64,000 bases of DNA, taken from contig OZ252249.1 in the NCBI GenBank assembly GCA_965249635.1, positions 1,744,494 through 1,808,493 of the forward strand, read 5' to 3'. The first letter of the stretch is position 1, and the number at the start of each line of letters is the position of its first letter. Source of the stretch: Rubrivivax sp. GTDB lineage: Bacteria > Pseudomonadota > Gammaproteobacteria > Burkholderiales > Burkholderiaceae_C. Below, piece after piece: positions 1 through 9,453 of the stretch. The notes beneath the pieces are model-generated. The model searched no databases and had not been told where the DNA came from. It saw only the letters and a list, made by a program, of their open reading frames with translations. A program made the position numbers and the translations under genes.

Positions 1-147
1 TTGGGTCGCGGTTGGGCTCAGAGTATTGAATCAGGGGCCAGTATCCACTGCCGCATTCATGGCCGAATCCAGAGCGGCCCTCGGCCCCGATAAACTGCTG
101 CGCTCTGTTGGGCTACCGGGTTGGTGTGCAGCCACCTTTGAACTATC

Positions 148-2520
148 TTGGACAACATCCTGTTGCAAATCGCTGCCGAGCTGAAGGTTCGGCCGGCACA
201 AGTCAAAACGGCGGTTGATCTGCTCGACGGTGGGGCCACGGTGCCTTTCATCGCGCGCTACCGCAAAGAGGCCACCGAAGGCTTGGACGACATTCAACTG
301 CGCGAATTGGAAACGCGCCTGGTCTATCTGCGTGAACTGGAAGAACGCCGCAGCGCGGTGCTCAAAAGCATCGACGAGCAAGGCAAGCTCACACCCGAAC
401 TGCGCGCCGCCATCGAGGCCGTGCCCACCAAACAAGAGCTGGAAGACCTGTACCTGCCCTACAAACCCAAGCGCCGCACCAAAGGCATGATCGCTCGCGA
501 AGCGGGCATCGAGCCCCTGGCCGAGCGCTTGTTTGCCGACCCGACACTGGACCCGCAAGCCGAAGCTGCGGCGTTTGTGGCCGCCTGTCCGGGCGGAGCC
601 GAAGCCTTGACTGCAGCAGGGTTCGCCGATGCCCACGCGGTTTTGGACGGTGTGCGTGACATCCTGTCCGAGCGTTGGGCCGAAGACGCCGCACTGGTAG
701 GCAAGCTGCGCGACTGGCTCTGGACCGAAGGCTTGTTCCAGAGCAAACTGGTGGACGGCAAAGACGGCAACCACGCCGACGCCGCCAAATTTCGCGACTA
801 CTTCGACTACGCCGAGCCGATCCGCACGGTGCCCTCACATCGAGCGTTGGCGGTCTTTCGCGGTCGCACGCAGGAGTGGTTGGACGCGAAGCTGGTGTTG
901 GACGAAGAGGTGGTGCCGGGCAAGCCCACGCTGGCCGAAGGCCGCATCGCGAGCCACTTGGGCTGGGGCCATGCCAAACGGGCTGGCGATGAACTGATCC
1001 GCAAGACGGTGGCCTGGACCTGGAAGGTCAAACTGTCACTGAGCCTGGAGCGTGACGTCTTTGCGCGGCTGCGCGAAGACGCCGAGACGGTGGCCATCAA
1101 AGTGTTTGCCGACAACCTGCGTGACTTGCTGCTGGCTGCGCCCGCAGGCAAACGTGTGGTGATGGGCCTGGACCCCGGTATCCGCACCGGTGTCAAAGTT
1201 GCTGTTGTGAGTGACACCGGCAAAGTGCTGGGCACCGACACCGTGTATCCGCACGAGCCGCGTTGCGATTGGGAGGGCTCGCTACACGCCTTGGGCCGCG
1301 CCGTAGCGACCCACGGCGTGAACCTCATCGCCATCGGCAACGGGACCGCCAGCCGCGAAACCGACAAGCTGGCGGCCGACCTCATCAAGCGCATCCAGGG
1401 TCTGGCACCTGACGTCAAGTTGGAGAAAGTGGTGGTCAGCGAAGCCGGCGCTTCCGTCTACTCAGCCAGCGAGTTTGCCAGCAAAGAGTTGCCTGATCTG
1501 GACGTGAGCCTGCGCGGTGCCGTCAGCATCGCGCGCCGCTTGCAAGACCCCTTGGCCGAGCTGGTGAAGATCGACCCCAAGAGCATCGGCGTGGGCCAAT
1601 ACCAGCACGACGTCAACCAAACCGGCTTGGCGCGCACCCTGGACGGCGTGGTCGAAGACTGCGTGAATGCGGTGGGCGTGGACCTGAACACGGCTTCAGC
1701 GCCTTTGCTATCGCGCGTGGCCGGGCTCTCGCCAGCGGTGGCGGCCAGCATCGTGCGATGGCGCGACGCGCACGGTGCCTTCAAGAGCAGGCAGCAGTTG
1801 CTCGACGTGAGCGGGCTCGGCCCCAAAACCTTCGAGCAAGCCGCAGGCTTCTTACGCATCCGCGACGGCGAAAACCCGCTGGATATGACCGGCGTGCACC
1901 CGGAAACCTACCCCGTGGTGCAGAAAATGCTGGAGAAAGCGGGCCGGCCGGTGAGCGAGCTTATGGGCAAGTCCGACGTGCTGCGCGCGCTGAAGCCGGA
2001 GCTGTTTGCCGACGAGCGCTTTGGCGCCATTACGGTGAAAGACATCTTGGTCGAGCTTGAAAAGCCTGGTCGCGATCCGCGTCCGGACTTCAAAGTGGCG
2101 CGCTTCAATGACAGCGTGTCCGACATCAAAGATTTGCAGCCTGGCATGGTGCTTGAAGGCACTGTGAGCAACGTGGCGCAATTCGGCGCCTTTGTGGACT
2201 TGGGTGTGCACCAAGACGGTTTGGTGCACGTGAGCCAACTGTCCAACAAGTTCGTGAACGATGCGCGCGAAGTGGTGCGTACCGGCCAGGTGGTAAAGGT
2301 GCGGGTACAAGAGGTTGACCTGGCGCGCAAGCGCATTTCGTTGACGATGAAGCTGGACGTCGCAGTGCCCGCCAAGGGCGCAGCGCGCACCGACAACAGC
2401 TACCGCGCGCCGGAGCGTGGCGAGCAGGTGCGGGGCGGGCGCGGCGGCCAAGGCGGAGTGCAGGTCGGTGGCCAAAGTGCAATGGCGGCGGCATTTGCCA
2501 AATTGAAAGCGGGCGCTTGA
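148..2520 (+). CDS. tex: Tex-like transcription accessory protein (S1 RNA-binding domain)
   Basis: 790-aa ORF. N-terminus MDNILLQIAAEL..VPFIARYRKEATEGLDD and C-terminal S1 domain (GTVSNVAQFGAFVDLGVHQDGLVHVSQL) are the Tex hallmark. Apparent TTG start. Confidence 0.9.
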   Translation: MDNILLQIAAELKVRPAQVKTAVDLLDGGATVPFIARYRKEATEGLDDIQLRELETRLVYLRELEERRSAVLKSIDEQGKLTPELRAAIEAVPTKQELEDLYLPYKPKRRTKGMIAREAGIEPLAERLFADPTLDPQAEAAAFVAACPGGAEALTAAGFADAHAVLDGVRDILSERWAEDAALVGKLRDWLWTEGLFQSKLVDGKDGNHADAAKFRDYFDYAEPIRTVPSHRALAVFRGRTQEWLDAKLVLDEEVVPGKPTLAEGRIASHLGWGHAKRAGDELIRKTVAWTWKVKLSLSLERDVFARLREDAETVAIKVFADNLRDLLLAAPAGKRVVMGLDPGIRTGVKVAVVSDTGKVLGTDTVYPHEPRCDWEGSLHALGRAVATHGVNLIAIGNGTASRETDKLAADLIKRIQGLAPDVKLEKVVVSEAGASVYSASEFASKELPDLDVSLRGAVSIARRLQDPLAELVKIDPKSIGVGQYQHDVNQTGLARTLDGVVEDCVNAVGVDLNTASAPLLSRVAGLSPAVAASIVRWRDAHGAFKSRQQLLDVSGLGPKTFEQAAGFLRIRDGENPLDMTGVHPETYPVVQKMLEKAGRPVSELMGKSDVLRALKPELFADERFGAITVKDILVELEKPGRDPRPDFKVARFNDSVSDIKDLQPGMVLEGTVSNVAQFGAFVDLGVHQDGLVHVSQLSNKFVNDAREVVRTGQVVKVRVQEVDLARKRISLTMKLDVAVPAKGAARTDNSYRAPERGEQVRGGRGGQGGVQVGGQSAMAAAFAKLKAGA

Positions 2521-4751
2521 GCTTGGTGCGATGGGTCGGAGCGGCGCTGCTGGTCAGTGCCGCCGGTGCCGCCCGTGCACAGGCGCTGACCGCGCCAGAT
2601 CCGGCGCCAGCACCAGCACCAGAACCGCAGCGCATCGAAATTCGCGGTGAAAACAGCAGCGACACAGCTTTGCGCCGCCGCGATCCGGTGGCCAAGACCG
2701 TGGTCGGACGCGAAGAACTGGACAAGTACGATGACACCAGCATCGCCGACGTGCTCAAGCGGCAGCCCGGTGTCAATCTGCAATCGGGCAACCCGCGCCT
2801 GCGCGGCTTGGGCGCGGGTTACACCCTAATTCTGGTCAACGGCGAACCTGCGCCACCGGGCTTCAGCCTTGAAAATTTGCCGCCCGCCCAAGTGGAGCGC
2901 ATCGAGATCACCAAAGGCCCAACGGCTGAATTCAGTGCGCAGGCGGTGGCGGGCACCATCAACATCATCCTGCGCGCAGCACCACGACAGCGGCAACGCG
3001 AGCTGTCGGTGCGCCTGGGCTACACGCGCGGGCGCATCGTGCCCGGTTTCAATGCGCTGTGGGCCGACCGATTGGGTAATTTCAGCCTATCGATGCCCAT
3101 GTCAGGCTACCAATGGGCTGGCGGCAACGACAACAGCGGCCAACGTTTGACCCGCGACCCACGCGGGGCCTTGCTTCGGTCCGACTCCAGTGGTGTTGAC
3201 CGTTGGTGGGGCGGTGGCCTCAACCTGTCTCCCCGCGTGAGCTGGAAGCTCAATGACGAGACCACGCTGGAGTGGCAGAGCTTCTTGGTGCGCAATGAAT
3301 ACAAGTGGGCCGGCCAAAGCCACACGCAGGTGGATGAATCGGTGGGCAATGGCAGCCGCTTCTTGCAGAGCGTGGACGATTCCGCGCGCAACGCAGGGCT
3401 CTGGCAAAACGGCCGCACGGGCTTGAGCCTGACGCGCCGATGGCCCGAGGGTGCGCGTTTGGAAGCGCGTGCGGGCAGCCAAGCCAGCCACAACCGATGG
3501 GCCACGCACACAGACGGTTATTTGGCCGATGGCAGCTTGAACCTGCTGCGGGATGTCGGCTATTCAGCCAGTGAGCAAACGCGCAATACCAGCGGAAAGT
3601 ACGCGCGGCCCTGGAAAGAAGACCACACCTTGGCATTCGGCTGGGACGCTGAGCTCAAGTGGCGCACGGAGACCCGCAGCGCGCAGGAAAACGGGCGAAG
3701 CCAACTGAGCGACTTTGAAGCCCGGCCCTTTTCGGCGGATGTGCGCCGCATCGCCGCCTACGCGCAGGACGAGTGGCAGATTGCGCCGCGCTGGTCCACC
3801 TACCTGGGCGTGCGCGCAGAAAGCATCACCACCACCACGACCGATAACGGCCAGGAACAGCGCTCGCAAAGCAGCGTGGTCACGCCGGTCATCCACTTGC
3901 AGCACAAGCTCGGTGACAAAGGCCGCGACATGCTGCGCGCCAGCCTCACGCGCAGCTACAAGGCGCCCGATTTGACTCAATTGCTGGCCAGGCCCACCCT
4001 CAACGCTGGCTACCCGGCACAGGGGACGCTGGCGGGCGTGAATCCTGAAAGCGCGCCCGACCGTGTGGGCAATCCGCTGCTCAAGCCCGAGCTGGCCACC
4101 GGCTTGGACTTGGCCATCGAAAGCTATTTGCCACAAGGTGGCGTGGTGAGCCTGGGCTTGTTTCACAGGCGCATTTCGGGGCTGATCCGAAACGAACTGC
4201 TGCTGGGCAATGTCAGCTGGTCGGCCTTTCCGCGCTGGTATACGCGGCCGGTTAACCTCGAATCGGCAACCAGCACCGGGGTGGAGTTGGAAATCAAAGG
4301 CCGCGCCGACGAGTTGTGGCCCAGCGGCCCGCTGCCGGGGGCCATGAACCTGCGTTTCGCCATCAGCGCCTATCGTTCGCAAGTGCGTGATGTCCCAGGC
4401 CCGGACAACCGGCTGGATCAGCAGCAGCCATGGACCGCCAGTCTGGGCTTTGACCACCGTGTCGCCGGCACGCCGCTGGGCATGGGCGCGAGCCTGGGCT
4501 ATACGCCGGATTACGCCACCCAGTTGACGACCCAACAGCGCCGGGTGCTTGGCGGTCAACGCAACGCCGACGGCTATGTGTCCTGGACTTTCAGCCGCGA
4601 GTTGGTCGCACGTTTGTCGGTCAACAATTTCCCAGAGCAAAAGCGATTCACGCGCAACGAGACGCAGGAATCCGGCGGCCCGCTGCTGTGGGACGACAGC
4701 CTGCGCCGTCAGCCGCCGAGCTGGAACTTGGGTTTGACCGCCAAATTTTGA
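2517..4751 (+). CDS. TonB-dependent outer-membrane receptor
   Basis: 744-aa ORF with signal peptide (LLVSAAGAARAQA), plug motifs (DTSIADVLKRQPGVNL, LRGLGAGYTLILVNGEP, VERIEITKGP) and a barrel ending in terminal F. Start uncertain: TTG 2517 overlapping the tex stop, or GTG 2526. Confidence 0.85.
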   Translation: MSLVRWVGAALLVSAAGAARAQALTAPDPAPAPAPEPQRIEIRGENSSDTALRRRDPVAKTVVGREELDKYDDTSIADVLKRQPGVNLQSGNPRLRGLGAGYTLILVNGEPAPPGFSLENLPPAQVERIEITKGPTAEFSAQAVAGTINIILRAAPRQRQRELSVRLGYTRGRIVPGFNALWADRLGNFSLSMPMSGYQWAGGNDNSGQRLTRDPRGALLRSDSSGVDRWWGGGLNLSPRVSWKLNDETTLEWQSFLVRNEYKWAGQSHTQVDESVGNGSRFLQSVDDSARNAGLWQNGRTGLSLTRRWPEGARLEARAGSQASHNRWATHTDGYLADGSLNLLRDVGYSASEQTRNTSGKYARPWKEDHTLAFGWDAELKWRTETRSAQENGRSQLSDFEARPFSADVRRIAAYAQDEWQIAPRWSTYLGVRAESITTTTTDNGQEQRSQSSVVTPVIHLQHKLGDKGRDMLRASLTRSYKAPDLTQLLARPTLNAGYPAQGTLAGVNPESAPDRVGNPLLKPELATGLDLAIESYLPQGGVVSLGLFHRRISGLIRNELLLGNVSWSAFPRWYTRPVNLESATSTGVELEIKGRADELWPSGPLPGAMNLRFAISAYRSQVRDVPGPDNRLDQQQPWTASLGFDHRVAGTPLGMGASLGYTPDYATQLTTQQRRVLGGQRNADGYVSWTFSRELVARLSVNNFPEQKRFTRNETQESGGPLLWDDSLRRQPPSWNLGLTAKF

Positions 4752-4927
4752 GAGCGTTCTTGAATCAGTTCGACGGATCCATGAGGTGCCGCCGGTTTAG
4801 AATGTGTGTACCTGAAACGAACAAGAGCGAGAAAGGCACCATGGTTTTGACACCGCGAACGTCCCGCTTCGTCACCCGACGCTGAAGCCGGCTGCGCCGT
4901 CACGCCTGTTCCCTTTTTCTACCAACG

Positions 4928-4959
4928 AAGCGCGGCTCACCCCGCGCTTTTTTGCTTTT
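4928..4959 (+). terminator. Intrinsic terminator/attenuator hairpin in the thrS leader
   Basis: AAGCGCGG-CTCACC-CCGCGCTT (perfect 8-bp GC-rich stem) followed by TTTTGCTTTTG. It ends 14 nt before the thrS ATG, leaving room only for the GAGGA Shine-Dalgarno. Confidence 0.6.
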
Positions 4960-4972
4960 GAGGACTCTGTAA

Positions 4973-6880
4973 ATGATCACGATCACGCTGCCTGACCAAT
5001 CGCAACGCCCGTTCGCCGGGCCGGTTACCGTGGCCGAGGTGGCTGCATCCATTGGCCCCGGTTTGGCCAAGTCGGCGCTCGGCGGCAAAGTAGACGGCCA
5101 ACTGGTTGACCTGAGTTTCAGCATCACGCAGGACGCGAGCTTGGCCATCGTCACCGACAAGTCGGCTGACGGGCTGGAGATGATCCGCCACTCCACGGCG
5201 CACCTGCTGGCTTACGCAGTTAAAGAGCTGTTTCCCGAAGCCCAGGTGACCATAGGTCCGGTGATTGAAAACGGATTCTTCTACGACTTTGCCTACAAAC
5301 GGCCCTTTACGCCGGAGGACTTGGTTGCCATTGAAAAGCGCATGGTCGAGTTGGCGGCGAAAAACGAGCCCGTGCAGCGCCGCGTGCTGCCGCGTGACGA
5401 TGCCGTGGCTTATTTCAAAGCTTTGGGTGAGCACTACAAGGCCGAGATCATTGCCAGCATTCCGGCTGACCAAGATGTGTCCCTATACCGCGAAGGCGCG
5501 TTTGAAGACCTGTGTCGCGGGCCGCACGTGCCCAGCACGGGCAAGCTCAAACACTTCAAGCTCATGAAGGTGGCCGGTGCCTACTGGCGTGGTGACCATC
5601 GCAACGAGATGCTCCAGCGCATCTACGGCACGGCCTGGGCCAGCAAGGACGAGCTTCAGCAACACCTCACGATGCTGGAAGAAGCCGAAAAGCGCGATCA
5701 CCGCAAGCTGGGCCGCGAACTGGACCTCTTTCACATCGACGAGCACAGCCCCGGCACGGTGTTCTGGCACCCCAAGGGTTGGGCGGTGTGGCAGCAGGTG
5801 GAGCAATACATGCGCGCCGTTTATCGCGACAACGGCTACCAGGAAGTCAAAGGCCCGCAAATCCTGGACCAGAGCCTGTGGGAAAAAACGGGGCACTGGG
5901 GCAAGTACCGCGAGAACATGTTCACGACGGAATCGGAAAAGAGGGACTACGCGCTCAAACCGATGAATTGCCCGGGCCACATCTTGATCTTCAAACAAGG
6001 CATCAAGAGCTACCGCGACCTGCCGCTGCGCTACGGTGAGTTTGGCCAATGCCACCGCAACGAACCCACGGGCGGCTTGCACGGCATCATGCGCGTGCGT
6101 GCCTTCACGCAAGACGACGGGCACATCTTCTGCACCGAAGACATGATCCTGGACGAGTGCGTGGCCTACACGGCCTTGCTGCAGCGGGTCTACAAAGACT
6201 TCGGCTTCAAGGACATCATCTACAAGGTGGCCACGCGGCCCGTGGCGCGCATCGGTTCAGACGAGGTTTGGGACAAGGCCGAGCACGCGCTGATGGAAAG
6301 CCTGAAACGCTCAGGCTGTGAATTCGAACTGGCGCAAGGCGACGGCGCTTTCTACGGCCCGAAGATCGAATACACGCTCAAGGACGCCCTGGGCAGGCAG
6401 TGGCAGTGCGGCACGATGCAAGTCGATTTCTCGATGGCGCAGTCCCTGGACGCTGAATACGTGGCCGACGACAGCAGCCGGCGCCACCCCGTTATCTTGC
6501 ACCGCGCCATTGTCGGTAGCCTGGAGCGTTTTATCGGCATCCTGATCGAGCAATACGCAGGCGCATTGCCGGCTTGGCTGGCGCCCGTGCAGGTTGTTGT
6601 GGCCTCGATTACCGATTCGCAGGCAGATTTCGCCCAGGAAGTGGTGAAAACGCTGCAAAAACAAGGGCTTAGGGCCCAACTTGACCTGCGCAACGAGAAA
6701 ATCAACTATAAAATCCGTGAGCATTCAATGCACAAGGTTCCATACATCCTTGTCGTAGGCGACAAGGAAAAGGCACATGGGGCCGTTTCTGTGCGTGCTC
6801 GTGGTAACCACGATCTGGGCGTCATGCCTGTTGCGGGTTTCTTGGAGAAGCTGGCGCAGGACATCACCGCCAAGGCGTGA
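4973..6880 (+). CDS. thrS: Threonine--tRNA ligase
   Basis: 635-aa ORF. N-terminus [34 protein letters not shown] and class II motifs ([27 protein letters not shown]) match ThrRS. Confidence 0.97.
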   Translation: MITITLPDQSQRPFAGPVTVAEVAASIGPGLAKSALGGKVDGQLVDLSFSITQDASLAIVTDKSADGLEMIRHSTAHLLAYAVKELFPEAQVTIGPVIENGFFYDFAYKRPFTPEDLVAIEKRMVELAAKNEPVQRRVLPRDDAVAYFKALGEHYKAEIIASIPADQDVSLYREGAFEDLCRGPHVPSTGKLKHFKLMKVAGAYWRGDHRNEMLQRIYGTAWASKDELQQHLTMLEEAEKRDHRKLGRELDLFHIDEHSPGTVFWHPKGWAVWQQVEQYMRAVYRDNGYQEVKGPQILDQSLWEKTGHWGKYRENMFTTESEKRDYALKPMNCPGHILIFKQGIKSYRDLPLRYGEFGQCHRNEPTGGLHGIMRVRAFTQDDGHIFCTEDMILDECVAYTALLQRVYKDFGFKDIIYKVATRPVARIGSDEVWDKAEHALMESLKRSGCEFELAQGDGAFYGPKIEYTLKDALGRQWQCGTMQVDFSMAQSLDAEYVADDSSRRHPVILHRAIVGSLERFIGILIEQYAGALPAWLAPVQVVVASITDSQADFAQEVVKTLQKQGLRAQLDLRNEKINYKIREHSMHKVPYILVVGDKEKAHGAVSVRARGNHDLGVMPVAGFLEKLAQDITAKA

Positions 6881-6993
6881 AGTGGGGTTGGCCTTTGTCG
6901 GCCCCGCTATGTACTTCCTCCAGTGCGCATTCCCGAACAGCCGCGGCACGGTGTCTTGTGTCGTATCGAGGGGTTTGAACCATCGCTACTTTC

Positions 6994-7530
6994 ATGGACC
7001 GACGCGTTCCAAATGCGGAACGCAAGCACAGACTGAACCGCGAGATCTTGGCGCAGCAAGTGCGCCTCAACGGTGTGGAAAACGAGCCGCTGGGCATCGT
7101 TCCCATCTTGGAAGCGCTGCGAATGGCAGGCGAACTTGATGTTGATCTTGTGGAAATTGCAGCAACGGCGGACCCGCCGGTGTGTCGGTTGATGGACTAC
7201 GGCAAGTTCAAATACCAGGAGCAAAAGAAGGCTGCCGAGGCCAAGTCCAAGCAAAAGGTCATCGAGATCAAGGAAGTCAAATTCCGGCCGGGCACGGACG
7301 AAGGCGACTACAACATCAAGATGCGCAACCTGCGTCGGTTTATTGCCGAAGATGGTGACAAAGGCAAAGTGACGTTGAGATTTCGGGGCCGGGAAATCAC
7401 GCACCAGCACTTGGGCATGCAATTATTAGAGCGCATCCGCGACGAGCTGGCTGACGTTTCGGTGGTTGAAAATATGCCCAAGCTGGAAGGGCGCCAGATG
7501 ATCATGGTGCTGGCGCCAAAGCGGAAGTAA
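6994..7530 (+). CDS. infC: Translation initiation factor IF-3
   Basis: [26 protein letters not shown].. and the C-terminal domain match IF-3. The ATG at 6994 is 20 nt from the only SD (GAGGGG 6968-6973). An in-frame ATC at 6982 (IATFMDRR..) is better spaced and may be the true non-canonical start. Confidence 0.9.
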   Translation: MDRRVPNAERKHRLNREILAQQVRLNGVENEPLGIVPILEALRMAGELDVDLVEIAATADPPVCRLMDYGKFKYQEQKKAAEAKSKQKVIEIKEVKFRPGTDEGDYNIKMRNLRRFIAEDGDKGKVTLRFRGREITHQHLGMQLLERIRDELADVSVVENMPKLEGRQMIMVLAPKRK

Positions 7531-7647
7531 GGAAGACGGATTTCACCGGTCGGGTCTGGTCACCCGGCTGGCGAAAAGAAGCCACTGCAGGCCATCAAGC
7601 ACCCCATCAAAAGGGTCGCCTGCAGCGGTGTACAAAAAGGAGCTTTT

Positions 7648-7851
7648 ATGCCCAAGATGAAGACCAAAAGCAGCGCCAAGAAGCGCTTTCGTGTTCGGCC
7701 AGGCGGCACCGTCAAACGGGGCCAAGCGTATAAGCGCCACATCCTGACCAAAAAGTCCACGAAGAACAAGCGCCACCTGCGTGGTGCGGTCAACGTGCAC
7801 GAGACCAACATGGGCCACATCGCTGCGATGCTGCCTTTTGCTGGCCTGTAA
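7648..7851 (+). CDS. rpmI: 50S ribosomal protein L35
   Basis: [39 protein letters not shown] is the canonical L35 sequence. AAGGAG SD lies upstream. Confidence 0.95.
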   Translation: MPKMKTKSSAKKRFRVRPGGTVKRGQAYKRHILTKKSTKNKRHLRGAVNVHETNMGHIAAMLPFAGL

Positions 7852-7876
7852 CCACCACTAACGAAGGAGCACAAAC

Positions 7877-8227
7877 ATGCCTCGCGTCAAACGTGGTGTT
7901 ACCGCACACGCCCGCCACAAAAAGATCCTGAAGCTCGCCAAGGGTTTCCGCGGCCGCCGGAAAAACGTCTTCCGCATTGCCAAGCAGGCGGTGATGAAGG
8001 CTGGGCAATACGCCTACCGCGACCGCCGTACCCGCAAGCGTGTCTTCCGCCAGTTGTGGATCGCCCGTATCAACGCGGCTTCGCGTGAATTGGGCATGAC
8101 CTACAGCCGGTTCATGGCCGGGTTGAAAAAGGCGCAGATCGACATCGACCGCAAGGTTCTTGCCGACATGGCCGTTCACGACCCAGCCGCCTTTGGCAGC
8201 ATCGTTGCCAAGGTGAAGGCCCTTTGA
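7877..8227 (+). CDS. rplT: 50S ribosomal protein L20
   Basis: [51 protein letters not shown] is the canonical L20 sequence. Confidence 0.95.
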   Translation: MPRVKRGVTAHARHKKILKLAKGFRGRRKNVFRIAKQAVMKAGQYAYRDRRTRKRVFRQLWIARINAASRELGMTYSRFMAGLKKAQIDIDRKVLADMAVHDPAAFGSIVAKVKAL

Positions 8228-8289
8228 GCTGAGTTTGGCGCCGCCTGCATGGCCTTCACCGGCTGTGCCGAAGGCGCTTGCAGCACTTC

Positions 8290-8323
8290 AAGGCCGTCAC
8301 CTTCTGGCGGCCTTTTTTCTTTT
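8290..8323 (+). terminator. Intrinsic terminator/attenuator between rplT and pheS
   Basis: AAGGCCG-TCACCTTCTGG-CGGCCTT stem-loop followed by TTTTCTTTT, ending 40 nt upstream of the pheS ATG. Confidence 0.55.
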
Positions 8324-8362
8324 GCGTTCCCTCACGTACTTTTGCTCGAACCTGAACTGCCG

Positions 8363-9418
8363 ATGAGCGATCTCGAAACCCTGTATCAGCAAGCCCTGGT
8401 CGATTTCGGCGCGGCTGCGGCGTCTGCCGATCTTGAAAATGCCAAGGCGCGATTTCTCGGCAAAACCGGCCGTGTCACCGATTTGCTCAAAGGCTTGGGC
8501 GCGCTGAGCGTCGAGGAAAAAAAGACGCGTGGCGCAGAGATCAACCAGCTCAAAGGCCGAATCGAAACGGCGTTGAATGCCCGGCGTGATGCGCTGGCGC
8601 AGGCCGAGCTGGCAACTCAATTGAAGGCCCAGGCGCTGGACGTGACCTTGCCCGGGCGCCATCGTGGCGCGGGTGGACTGCACCCTGTCAGCCGTGCCAT
8701 CGAACGCATCGAGGCCATCTTCGGCTCCATGGGTTTTGACGTGGCCGAGGGCCCGGAAATTGAAAACGATTGGTACAACTTCACCGCGCTGAACAGCCCG
8801 GAAAATCACCCCGCGCGGTCGATGCAAGACACGTTCTACGTGGACATGAAAGACGCGCAAGGCCAATGGCTGAACTTGCGCACCCACACCAGCCCGATGC
8901 AGGTGCGGTATGCGCGTGCGCACGCTCAGAAGCATGCCGCAGCAATGGCGGCCGGCGAAGCCATGCCGGATATCCGTGTGATCGCCCCGGGCCGCACCTA
9001 TCGCGTGGACAGCGATGCCACGCATTCGCCGATGTTTCACCAATGCGAAGGACTGTGGATCGGCGAGCACGTCAGCTTCAAAGATTTGAAGTTTGTTTTC
9101 ACCGATTTTTTGCGCCGCTTTTTTGAAGACGACGGCATACAAACCCGTTTTCGACCCAGCTACTTTCCGTTCACCGAGCCCAGCGCCGAAATCGACATGA
9201 TGTTTGGCGAAGGCCCGCTGAAGGGCCGCTGGCTGGAGCTGGCTGGTTCAGGCCAGGTGCACCCGAACGTGGTGCGCAACTATGGCCTCGACCCGGAGCG
9301 GTACATCGGTTTTGCTTTTGGCATGGGCCCAGACCGTCTGGCCATGCTGCGTTACGGTGTTAACGACCTGCGCTTGTTCTTTGAAGGCGACTTGCGTTTC
9401 CTGAGCCAGTTCCGCTGA
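8363..9418 (+). CDS. pheS: Phenylalanine--tRNA ligase alpha subunit
   Basis: Conserved sequence begins at [12 protein letters not shown].. (ATG 8363). Class II core present: [41 protein letters not shown]. The track ORF from 8249 is an upstream extension through the terminator. Confidence 0.95.
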   Translation: MSDLETLYQQALVDFGAAAASADLENAKARFLGKTGRVTDLLKGLGALSVEEKKTRGAEINQLKGRIETALNARRDALAQAELATQLKAQALDVTLPGRHRGAGGLHPVSRAIERIEAIFGSMGFDVAEGPEIENDWYNFTALNSPENHPARSMQDTFYVDMKDAQGQWLNLRTHTSPMQVRYARAHAQKHAAAMAAGEAMPDIRVIAPGRTYRVDSDATHSPMFHQCEGLWIGEHVSFKDLKFVFTDFLRRFFEDDGIQTRFRPSYFPFTEPSAEIDMMFGEGPLKGRWLELAGSGQVHPNVVRNYGLDPERYIGFAFGMGPDRLAMLRYGVNDLRLFFEGDLRFLSQFR

Positions 9419-9453
9419 GTTTCCTAAGCTAACCGACGACCTGAGTCTTTACT

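Noticed and set aside
4688-4885. 65-aa ORF in the TonB-receptor/thrS spacer as a protein-coding gene.
   Set aside because: It overlaps the receptor's 3' end, has no SD at its 5' end and shows poor codon bias. Only its last 14 codons, with their own SD-like AAGG, are considered, as a possible leader uORF.
8249-8362. The 389-aa form of pheS starting at ATG 8249, as listed in the ORF track.
   Set aside because: The extra 38 codons run through the rplT terminator hairpin and U-tract and have no PheS similarity. The conserved protein begins at [12 protein letters not shown] (8363).
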